DNA of 59,022 nucleotides, counting the filler, from Ionaspis alba (taxonomy: Eukaryota): assembly GCA_964255285.1 (NCBI GenBank). It is 7 parts of 7 records of this genome, joined end to end, with 100 filler letters (N's around TTAATTAATTAA, not from the genome) between each part and the next. Parts side by side here need not be neighbours in the genome. Positions count along the whole stretch, not along the records: positions 42,296 to 50,614 come from CAXUUL010000755.1; positions 50,715 to 59,022 come from CAXUUL010000756.1; 5 more parts are not named here. One strand, 5' to 3'. The position numbers and the translations under genes were made by a program. The first letter of the stretch is position 1; every line of letters begins with the position of its first letter. Of this stretch, positions 48,544-59,022 are shown piece by piece. A model generated the notes under the pieces. It made no database searches. It worked only from the letters and a program-made list of their open reading frames with translations, and had not been told where the DNA came from.

Positions 48544-48678
48544 CTGGGGTATCCGGAGGCTTGAAATACAAACGGGACATTTCACTTCCAGTTTGTCGTC
48601 TCATTGGCTACTAAGCAGGTGGTGGTGTGGTGTGGTGGAAAGGATGATGATGATGCTGGGGTGGCCCGCCGTCCGGGG
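48544..48678. promoter_or_regulatory. Cluster of CreA/Mig1-type SYGGRG sites upstream of the sugar transporter
   Basis: CTGGGG 48544 and 48656, CCGGAG 48553, CCGGGG 48673. Confidence 0.4.
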
Positions 48679-48683
48679 AATAA

Positions 48684-48710
48684 TAGCTAGTAGCTAGTAG
48701 CTAGTAGCTA
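48684..48710. repeat. (TAGCTAG)~4 tandem repeat
   Basis: tagctag tagctag tagctag tagcta. Confidence 0.85.
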
Positions 48711-50244
48711 ACAAACAACAATAGTGGTCTGTGCTCTTCTTCTGCTACTCAATTCTACACATCATGTGGCCGCCGTGCCACCCCTCACATCCCGAGGATG
48801 TAGGTCCTGGAAGCCGAACCATCTCGATCTTGCTCCTCCTTATCTCGTTCCAGTAAGAAGATACACGAAGCTGACAACTTCTGGCCGGGGCATCTTTGCA
48901 CTACGATTGGATCGGAGAAAGGCAAAAAGGTCAGCTTGTGGTAGGGGAAGAGGAGAGGCTGGTAGGGACTGCATTATTGGATTGAACTCGTTTCTTCTGC
49001 ATGATCGTGTGATTTGGCCAACGAATGTCCGGGCCGGGTACGACAGCAGCCATTCCCGATCGGGGGAGGCGACGATGGCGCTACCGTGGGTTGTGCCAAG
49101 AGACTGGCCCTTAGTACTGCTGCTCAGGCCCACACACTTGCTCGCTCTCTGTGGCAGTGGGAGTTCTTGCATGGCTACCAGCAAGGCACCGACCCATCGT
49201 CACAGGATGGGTCCATACAGAACGGCGACCATGTCGTCGGAAATGAGCTGCCCCGTTGAAGCAGAAGTAAAATAAACGGATCCAATTAGTATCTACTTCA
49301 ATAAGCTACTACACACCTCTCCTGAACAACGTTCCCACCGGGGCGAAAGGGAAACTCTAAGCACGGTGGTATGTTCTTCTAGAACGGCTAGAAGGCCTCG
49401 GCGATTCTCGACAATTGACAATGATGGTGCTGACTCCACTCCCTCGTGCCACTCTCCCACTTCCCCTTCATCCTTCCAAAGAAGAACAATGCGACCTACG
49501 TATGACAAGCAATCCTGTCCCGACAATCAGCCAGCATTACGAAGAGGCAAAAGCTACCCCTTGCCGTTACATTGGCCCACCAGCAAAACCCGATGACAAG
49601 AAGAAGAAGACTCGACCAAGTCAGCGGATCCACTCAGGAACGAATCCAGCACCCATTCAAGGATGAGCGACTAAAAGCTGTTCGAGGAACCGAATGAGTG
49701 GACGGGGGCCGGGGCAAAGGCATCTGACGGAGGAAGGGGACACGAGTGGCCGGGAAACAATCAGTTCATGAATAAGCACAAGCGCCGCCGCTGCTAGCCG
49801 TGAGTATGGTGGGAAGAGCGATGATTGGTTGAGACTGAAGCTTGGGGGTCTCTGCAACACGGAGCGCGTTGATTCGTGGTTTAGCGTGACTTGGGGGATA
49901 TTTGGGGGTAGAGTGTCACGGGATGACCAGACAGGGATTCGGTCATGGGAGTCGGTTGTTTATTTACGTCGTTGATGGCTTGGCGTTGATGGCGGCTGCC
50001 TGGGAGACAAGACGAGAGTTATCAAATAATAACGCGGTTGTAGCGTATCTCTGCTTCAAGTTTTGCCACTCTTTTCTTCGTGCTTCATAGTTTGTTTGGT
50101 GTTGCAACTTTTGCTTGGGTACTGCAAGCCCGAGTGTCTTGCAGATTCGCCAATAGCAGCATTGAGATTTGATAATCTGGTGAACAACAATAAAGAAACA
50201 CAGCCATCGAAGCTATGCAAGACGACTTGGAAGATAACAGACCG

Positions 50245-50614
50245 ATGGCAGTACGACGGAAAAGAAGAGCAAGCACCGGACTCTCCAGCCCTCCTCATCC
50301 TGCGACCAGCTCGACCAAACTCAACGACAACAATCAATCATCCCGAAACCACAACCAACTACTAGCAACTGCGAACATACAGACCCCCACCAAACCCAAG
50401 AAACGCGTCCGATTCTCTGATCCAGGACCTGAACTCTCTGTCGAGATAGACAGCTCATCCACAGGAATAACACCCTACATCAAACGAACCACCCTGACAC
50501 CAACCCTGCACTCCACACCTCCCTCATCCCCACGACTCCTAGCAAGACCACCAAGACGTCGAGCCTCCGTCCCAGCAAACATCACCATCTCTTCCTCAGA
50601 ATCCGTTCCTACCC
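50245..50614 (+). CDS. N-terminal fragment of a hypothetical protein with RVxF motif, truncated by contig end
   Basis: MAVRRKRRAS...KPKKRVRFSDPGP...STGITP; ORF runs into the gap. Confidence 0.6.
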
Positions 50615-51082
50615 NNNNNNNNNNNNNNNNNNNNNNNNNNNNNNNNNNNNNNNNNNNNTTAATTAATTAANNNNNNNNNNNNNNNNNNNNNNNNNNNNNN
50701 NNNNNNNNNNNNNNGACTCGTTGTGGTCTGTCGAGTATAACGTTGAAGGTGGAGGGAAGAAGTGAGAGACTCATCTAAGAAAGTATTGTATCTAGTAGAT
50801 GTGATTTGCAATTTGTGTCAAGCGAACGAGAGCGCATATACCCTTTGCATGGTGCGTGTAGATTATTGTACAGAAGCAAATAATTTCATCAATGAATTCA
50901 AGCCATCTTGGTTTATACTTCTGTTAACGCTCGTGACATCCTATATCCGAGGAGTCAATGCTGTATCCCAAACCTCAAGCGTTACAAGCGAGCGGTAATA
51001 GCGACTTGTGCCTAACAATATCATTTCGTAGGGTTTTGCCAGATCTGATCTAGCCGGACACTTTAGCATCACGTGCATACTC

Positions 51083-51388
51083 GCCAAGCACTGCCTCATC
51101 ATTCGCCATGTCTTGGCCTTGGCGCTCGCCACTTCTACCAATCTTCAACGTTCCCTTACCGTCCAAATTCACTATTACTGCATCCCGTACGCGGCCATTG
51201 CCACCGTTTGACTCAACAATGGGCATAAGATCGTCCAGAGCTATCATTTATGTGCAATAGCCAAGCCGGAGAAAATGCTTGGCCAAACATCCTAGTGGTT
51301 GGGCACATGGACAGCCGGCTGCGCAACCCTACTATGCCAAGCATCTCGAGAGGTCTGACTTTCTCTTTGTTGATTCTTTGGTCTTGGC
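51083..51388. promoter_or_regulatory. Seven PacC/Rim101 consensus sites (GCCARG) in the ENA ATPase promoter
   Basis: GCCAAG at 51083, 51260, 51336; CTTGGC at 51112, 51118, 51278, 51383. Confidence 0.75.
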
Positions 51389-51603
51389 GAGCGGTATGGT
51401 TGTGCGTCATGGGTATAAGTGTCACTGGAAACTGCTGTCTAGAAAGTGTATATAGGAATGGCTAATGCCACTCGATTTGATTCAATCACAACATCCACCT
51501 TCATTTTTGGCCTTTGTTTACTGAAGGTCAATCCTGCTCAATCGAGAACTGTTGTTCCAAATTTTGACGCATATCGTCTTTACTTCTTTTAGTGTTGATC
51601 ATC

Positions 51604-54600
51604 ATGAAGACCAAGCTCCGTCCTCAAGAATACCCAAAGCATCCCTTCCTGCTGCCCATTCATGAGTTGGCAGAACTTCTAAACACAGATCTACACAATG
51701 GTCTTGTATCTCTCGATGCTCAAATAGCACGGCAGCATTATGGCCTAAACAGACTTGATGGGGAGAGTGGAGTTAAATGGTGGCCGGTTCTGGTGAAGCA
51801 AATCAGCAACGCCATGATTCTCGTACGTATCCCCCTTTTCGAAACAGCAGATTCCATTGGCCATACAAAACTTTACTCGAAGATAGTAAAGTAGACAAGA
51901 AGCTATGCTACCCAATTTCCCATACCCGCGATGCACGAAGAAGCTAATTCCCCCTTCAGGTCCTAGTACTTGCAATGGCCCTTTCCTACGGTGTGACGGA
52001 CTACATCGAAGGAGGCGTCATCACCGCCGTAATTATTCTCAATGTAGTCATCGGTTTCTTCCAGGAGTTCCAGGCCGAGAAGAAAATGGATGCTCTCAAG
52101 TCTCTCTCCTCGCCATCTGCTGCTGTGCTTAGGAACGGCGCCATTGAGACCATTCCATCCGCAGAGGTCGTTCCAGGAGATATTGTCCAAATCAAGACCG
52201 GCGATACTGTTCCTGCGGATATCCGCCTACTAGAGACCATGCACCTCGAGTGCGACGAGAAGATCCTTACTGGCGAAGCTATCCCTATCGCAAAGGTACA
52301 TGAGATGGATGTGGCAAAGTTGGGTCCGGAAACACAGGCGGGAGATCGTCTGAACATGGCTCACTCCTCCACTACTGTCACCAAAGGACGTGGACGTGGT
52401 ATTGTCGTGTTCACTGGTATGTATACGGAAGTGGGCAAGATAGCCAAAAGCCTTCAAGGCAATGAGCGGAAGCCCAATCGTTCACTATCATGGAAAAAAC
52501 ATGGGAACATGCAGCCTGTCAAAGGTCTTGGTCTGAGAATCTGGGATGGCATTGGCAAGTTCCTGGGTCTGACAGTTGGAACACCTTTGCAACGCAAGCT
52601 CAGTCAGCTAGCATACATACTCTTTGGTTGTGCACTGGTGCTGGCAATCATTGTCTTCGGTGTCAACAATTTCTACGTCACAAAAGAAGTCGCCATCTAT
52701 GCTATTTCAACAGGTAAGTCGCTATCGCAATACTACCAGAAGCAACTACATACTGATTGAGTTACAGGTATTGCGATCATCCCCGAGTCTTTGATCGCAG
52801 TTTTGACCATCACCATGGTCGTCGGTATGACGCAAATGCGTAAGAGAAAGGTCTTGATTCGACAGCTAAGTGCTCTTGAAGCACTAGGAGGCGTTACCAA
52901 CATCTGTTCGGATAAAACAGGAACTCTTACTCAAGGTCAAATGATCACGAGAAAAGCATGGATTCCAGGACACGGAACCTATACTGTTGATCATACCAGC
53001 GATGCTACCGATCCTAACAATGGTACAGTGAGCTTTCAGTCGACCATGCAGCCTCCTAATTACAACGACACCACGCTCGGCACCGAGAATATCAAGAACG
53101 AGTACAGTTCTAGCAGCAGTGGTAACTCGAATGATATGAGTACTGGTCACAAGGCAACCGCCCCTAATGTCGCACCTGGACTCTGTGCTTGCCTCTTTTC
53201 CACAGCTCTTTGTAATCTAGCAACAGTCCGCCAAGATGAACAGACCAAAGTTTGGAAGACAACTGGAGATCCCACTGAAGTCGCACTTCAAGTGTTTGCC
53301 AGCCGCTTCGGCTATGGAAAAACGAATCTCGAGTCTCTGGGTTGGACGCAGATCTCCGAGTTTCCCTTCGACAGCTCGGTGAAGCGGATGTCAGTCATCT
53401 ACCGAGAGCAGAGTACCAACACCAAATTGATCTTCACTAAAGGCGCTGTAGAACGTGTTATCGACCTTTGCACATCCATCAATCTCAGTGGCCGACAGCA
53501 GGAGATGTCCGAGGATTTAAAAAGGGAAGTAATCGAGCAGATGACAGCTTTTGCAGACCAAGGTTTGAGAGTTTTAGCGACCGCTCGTCGCCCAGCATCC
53601 GAATTCGAAGAGTCACGAGAAGAGGTCGAGAAAGGCCTGACCTTCCTTGGTCTCCTCGGCCTCTATGATCCCCCTCGCACAGAAACCAAAGCCGCGGTCG
53701 CCGAGTGTGCTGAAGCAGGTATCAAAGTCCACATGCTGACAGGAGACCACCCCGGAACAGCCAGAGCCATCGCCAGAGAAGTCGGCATCATTCCCCAGGA
53801 TTTAGGCACCCTTCCCCGCGACACAGCAGACTCGCTTGTGAAAACAGCCGCCGAGTTCGACGGCATGTCTGACTCGGAGATCGACGCTTTGCCCTACCTT
53901 CCCCTTGTCATTGCTCGGTGCGCTCCATCTACCAAGACTCGCATGATTAATGCCATTCATCGCCGTCAGGGATTCGGGGCCATGACCGGAGATGGTGTCA
54001 ATGATGCTCCTTCGCTGCAAGCGGCAGACGTGGGTATCGCTATGGGCATGGCTGGCTCGGACGTGGCAAAAGGAGCTTCAGATATCGTGCTTACAGACGA
54101 CAACTTCGCTAGTATTGTTGGCGCCATTGAAGAAGGTCGGCGCATGTTCGCGAACATTCAGAAATTTGTCCTGCACCTGCTAGCGAGCAACGTGGCAGAA
54201 GTGGTGCTGCTGATTGTTGGCCTCAGCTTCAAGGACGAAATGGGCGTTTCTGTATTTCCACTTAGTCCGTTGCAGATCCTGTGGATCAACATGCTGACGT
54301 CGTCCTTTCCAGCATTTGGGCTCGGGAGGGAAAAAGCAGCGTCAGATATCATGAGGAGACCGCCTCATGATCACAAAAAGGGCGTTTTTACCACACAGAT
54401 TCTGGTTGACATGGTTGTTTATGGTGTCATCATGGGCGCCTGTACGTTGCTGACGTTCGTCATCATCGTCTATGGTGCTGGAAACGGCGATCTGGGTATC
54501 GACTGCAACCAGACCCACAGCGAGAGCTGTACCTTGGCGTTCCGAGCTCGTGCAGCTGTTTTTGCGGAGCTGACGTGGCTGATTCTGGTTTCTGCGTGGG

Positions 54601-55043
54601 AGTTCAAGAGCATCCGTCGTAGTATGTTCAGTCTGGATCCTGCCACACAGAAGACATGCAAGTTTCCTTTTTTCAAGGATGTATATGACAACAAGTTTCT
54701 TTTCTATGCAGTTGTGCTGGGTGCGATATCGGTTTTTCCGGCTGTCTATATCCCTGGGTTGAACACGGCAATTTTCAAACATGGGGCTATCGGATGGGAG
54801 TGGGGTCTAGTCGTCGGTGGGTTGGTGGTGTTTGTACTGGGAGTCGAGGTTTGGAAGGCTGTGAAGCGGGAGTGGGGCCTCTTTGATGTTGAGGAAGGAG
54901 AAATTAAGCGGACTATCTCGAGGAAGAAATATTTTGGCTCAATGGGAGTGGATGAGAAGGAGGGCAAGTACGTTGGCGCACTGGTTACTTCGAGCTCTCA
55001 TATAGGTAGGAGCTTCCAGGGATTTGGAAAAGAAGAGACTTAA
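51604..55043 (+). CDS. ENA: P-type IID Na+/K+-exporting ATPase (ENA), 3 exons
   Basis: CDEKILTGE, IIPESL, CSDKTGT, GDPTE, KGAVE, MLTGDH, MTGDGVND; introns ~51823-51959 and ~52714-52768. Confidence 0.93.
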
Positions 55044-55377
55044 CCGACAGTCCGCGACGGAAAAGGCGCCAAGAGACCTGCGATAGTGTCTCTAAGTCGC
55101 GAGAATAGGATTTTCGATTAGTCGTTAGCCCTCTCGTTCCCGACTGCGAGAGAGCTCCTTGTCCGGTTAAAATGCCCAAAGACGTGTTTTGAAATCTTGT
55201 CAAGCAGACCGGCATCTTCCCAAGCTATTGCGAGCAACATATCAACATGCAGGATAACCTAAAGTCCCGAGACCAGTGTTGCTTCCCCAAAAAGAAGTGT
55301 CCATGTCCAGTTGTTCCCATACTCGTACAAATGCAGATGACATAATAAACCCAGAAATGTATGTCATTCTACACAAA

Positions 55378-56728
55378 CTACTCCACAGAACTCGACTCAG
55401 TACTCTTGCTACTCTCGTCCCCATTAGTAGCAGTTGGTGTCGCGCTCCCTTTATTCTTGTTCCCAGCTGCCGCCATCTGCCACGCAGGAATAGCAGCTCT
55501 ACTGGTAGACTTTCCATCAAAGTTGAATGCATTTGAGGTTTCCCTCTTTGGCAGACTTCCTCCCGAATTGGACGTGACCGTACTTGATGAAGAAGGACTT
55601 GACGGGTTTTCATTCGTAGAGTTTAGAGTATGCGGGAGTCCAGGTGTGTAGGAGTCTCGTGGAGTGCTGCTTCCACTTGCACTACCACCTCCGTAGCCAG
55701 ACCCAAAGGCTCGCCCAGTGGTGGTAGTCGGGGCTTGATTTCCGACTCTGTTGCCTACCAACATCTTCAAGCTTTTGAGCTCAGTCCCGAGGTCCTTCAG
55801 TCTGCTATCTCCATCTGCTTTCCATCCCTCCAACGCTTTCGGAATTAGGTCTTTCAGTGCCCGCACTTCGTCACCTATCCTCCGGCTATCATCCTCTCGC
55901 CTCTTGTTTGCAGTCTTGAGCTCACTGATCACAGACTCAACTTCCTGGAGAGCTGTATCCAACTTCTCGGTTCTCTCAGCTTCGGCGGTCTTCAAGGCTG
56001 CAGTGTCAGTAGCTAGTTGATCTATAAGGTCGAAGGCTCGGGTGAAGGAAGCGTCTATGGAAGCTTTGTCTTGTTCGAGTTGCGGTGGGGTAGGTGGAGA
56101 GATGAGTGGCATAACATAGCGCTGAGCGAGTGAGATCAGCATTTACCTAGATATGTGGGCGAGTTAAGCCCCTACCTTTGCAACTGTATAGAGCCCGTAG
56201 CTGACTCCTGAAGTCACCGTGGCCATGATAAACCAGTCTCGCCAATCTCGGCGAGGAGGCCTTGCACAATCAGCTCACTGTTTCAGAACTGTTATGGCAA
56301 GGGCTGGCCTCACTGTGGCTGTTGCGGACCCCACGGGGTCCCTTGATATGGCCCATACCCGTATGCGTCGGGAGCGCTTTGCCTTACAGGCCGTGGATTC
56401 GAATATCCATAATTGGATTGAGTTGGAGAAAAGGTCACTGAGTTATTCAAAGATGATGGGTCTTCGCCTGCACGGGTAAAAGCAATATCGATTTCTTCTT
56501 GTGTGAGATTTTTTGATCTGAGGAATGATTTGCGCTGGTCGATTGAGGAGTTTGCGACGGAAGGATCTTGGAGAACTAGAAAGTAGTCGTTAGACGCACT
56601 ACGTCGTGCTTCGAATAGTTCACAAGACCCAATGACTTACAGGATATCTGGATTACTTGTCAATAACTTGGACATATCCATGAGCTCATTAGACTTACAG
56701 CAGATGAGACCAGATCTTCCCTCACCAT
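55378..56728 (-). CDS. PEX14: Peroxisomal docking protein Pex14, 5 exons including a 7-nt micro-exon
   Basis: MVREDLVSSA|IS|FLQDPSV...FLRSKNLTQEEIDIA, RDWRDWFIMATV, PPTPPQLEQDK, ELKSLK, AAIPAWQMAA. Confidence 0.93.
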
Positions 56729-56988
56729 GTTGGCAATATTTGGCATATGCCCTTCACGGTTTCAAATATAATTCAGCAACCCATGCTCTCTGATATCACA
56801 GTAAGAGTTCTATTTCCTTGTAGACGTCGAATGCTTGAGATGGGACTGCAGCCGTGATTCTGTGGCCGGGGACTATTTTCACCTCGGCACCATCATAAGG
56901 CTGAGCTTGTCTTGGCATTGCAAGCTTCCGCAATACCGACCAATGGAGGCTTTTGTTTACTTTGTTTCCGATTATCGACAGAGAGACC

Positions 56989-57051
56989 TCGTCGCAACAT
57001 CATTTTCTTGTATAAATCGTCGCAACATCATTTTCTTGTATAAATCGTCGC
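56989..57051. repeat. Exact 28-bp tandem duplication containing TATAAA in the PEX14/NDC80 divergent promoter
   Basis: TCGTCGCAACATCATTTTCTTGTATAAA x2 plus TCGTCGC. Confidence 0.9.
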
Positions 57052-57152
57052 CATCACATTACAAGCTCGACCAGAGCAGTCGTCTCATGCTTGCCTTTTG
57101 CTAAATCTGTGATTATAATATCACTAATATCGTCTGTGTTGCGCATGTCGAG

Positions 57153-59022
57153 ATGTCGCAAGACACGCATCTCTTCAGTGTGCGGCGGCCACGAGAGGTA
57201 CAACTTTCATTTCCTTAAGAACACGGGAGACAGTCTTGTTGGGTTCAATGCTGACTTCTGCTCATGCAGACCCTCGGGGGTCTCAACTACAATTCCGCAA
57301 TTCCTCAGCCCGCCTCAGCTTTAAAACGCTCATCCTCCATCTCGAACACCAAGGAATCCCAAGTACAACCACCATACACATCTCACCATGCCCGATCACA
57401 GTCCTCCTCTCGCATGTCGATAGCCCCGAATCGACCTCCTCAGCCTTCACTTCAGCGCTCCTCATCCGGCACAAATCTCGCAGACATGGGTCGATCTTCT
57501 ACAGCCCAGCGCACTTCTTCCAGCCTCTTTGGCAGTCAAATACAAGGTCGTATGAGCTATGCGCCCGGTAGTGCTATGACACCACATATTGGGCCACCCA
57601 TGAATGGCTCTCAAAGTCTACAACGTCGGAGCAGCTTGTATTCACGGCCATCCACGGGACCAATGGGTGGACATCAGTCTTTCTTCACGCCAGCACCGGT
57701 GCCTGCGGGTGTGCCACGAGACCCACGACCATTGAAGAACCCGGCTTTCCAAAACCAAATGATTGAGGAACTACAAATATACTTGACGCAGAACAATTTT
57801 GAGATGGAAACTAAGCATGCTCTTGGTCCGAATTCTTTGAAGGTGCCGACGGGGAAAGACTTTCAACAAATGTTTCAGTGGCTATACCATCGCATTGATC
57901 CTGCCTATCGGTTCCAGAAAGGCATCGATGCCGAGCTTCCCCCAATCTTAAAGCAACTGCGTTATCCTTTCGAGAAGAATATCACCAAGAGCATGATAAC
58001 TTCCGTAGGCGCAACCTCATCGTGGTCGACTTTCCTCGGCATACTTCACTGGATGATGCAGCTTGCGCAAATGTTGGAACGTTGCGATGAAGGCGTATAT
58101 GATGATGCTTGTGCACAAGCTGGAGTAGATGTCAGCGGCGACAGAATCATATTCCGCTTTTTGAGTGGCGCATACAAAGCCTGGCTCTCAATTTCAGATG
58201 AGGATGACGAAGAAGATGAATCCGATAAGCTGCTCAGACCTCACATCGAAGCCATGGCAGCAGATTTCGATCGCGGAAACCAGGAATATGCAGAAGAGCT
58301 GAAAATCCTTGAAGCCTCCAATGCGGCTCTACTCCGAGAAATTACAGAGGTGGAGAAAGGAACCCCAGATCTTGAGCGGCTCGAGAAGAACTACGAGATT
58401 CTGAAACAAGATCTCGTCAAGTTCGAAGAGTACAATGAAAATGCCGGTGCTAAGATCCTCAAGTACGATGACAAAATCGAGAGCCTGAAAAAAGATATCG
58501 AGGACTGGGACAAGCAAATCAATAACGCCCAGCAGGAGAAAAAAGACTTGCAGAAAGCGGTTGACAAGCAAGGCATCACCGTCGAGGACATCGACCGAAT
58601 GAATGGCGAGCGCGAGAGGCTCCAAAAGGGCGTCGAGACCGCTAAACTCCGACTCGAAGAACTGCGTAAGAAAGCTGCGGACCGCGAGGCACAAGCCAGC
58701 AGCAAACTCTTGGTACTTGAAGGCCTTATCGATGAGTACAACTCACTCTGCTATCGCACTGGTCTCCTACCTTCCACAGCCATGAACGCCAAAGGCGAGG
58801 AATTCGAGTTGCACCTCATAATTCACAATTCCGCTCCGTTCTCATCCTCGCAGATGGGTAGCTCGCAGCTTCGAGAAGGGGATCGGCTGCTTGCTGACTC
58901 CACGACTGGGTATCATGCCGCTCATGTGCTGAATCTGGATCTTAGAGGGACAATCAAGAGTCAATTTAACGGACTGCGGAAGGAGATCAACAAGCGTAGG
59001 AACGTGGCTAAGGATGAGGATG
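57153..59022 (+). CDS. NDC80: Kinetochore protein Ndc80/HEC1, runs off window end; intron 57198-57269
   Basis: MSQDTHLFSVRRPRE|TLGG..., CH-domain motifs RDPRPL, PTGKDF, FQWLYHRIDP, LKQLRYPF, W..FLGILHWMMQLA, followed by coiled coil. Confidence 0.93.

Noticed and set aside
40700..50420. Two PP1-docking proteins (Bni4 and the RVRF fragment) as a functional cluster
   Set aside because: Separated by an artificial contig join at 42196-42295.

Overview
Eukaryotic DNA from a filamentous ascomycete (Pezizomycotina-type: short GT-AG introns with CTRAC branch sites). The window is not one continuous molecule. Six 100-nt spacers (N44-TTAATTAATTAA-N44) concatenate at least seven contigs, and there are two plain N100 scaffold gaps. 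About 25 protein-coding genes or gene fragments can be modelled: NOP16, ZIP/YKE4 zinc transporter, Pom1-like DYRK kinase, GLE2/RAE1, Aco2-type aconitase, a GPI cell-wall protein, a secreted 5'-nucleotidase-like metallophosphoesterase, mitochondrial GatA, three intronless F-box-like genes, Mcp1/DUF1691, a truncated PDR ABC transporter, a COG0212/MTHFSD protein, a Bsu1-like MFS transporter, Bni4, a 733-aa orphan, a hexose transporter, an ENA P-type ATPase, PEX14 and NDC80. The most notable feature is invisible to the ORF track: an RNase MRP RNA gene (~11699-12201) followed ~130 bp later by a C/D snoRNA carrying the snR66 guide, the same tandem arrangement as yeast NME1-SNR66. Also notable are a head-to-head COG0212 + Bsu1-like transporter pair (candidate thiamine/B6 salvage module), seven PacC sites in the ENA promoter, and a 7-nt PEX14 micro-exon. 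All assignments come from manual motif recognition; no searches were run.
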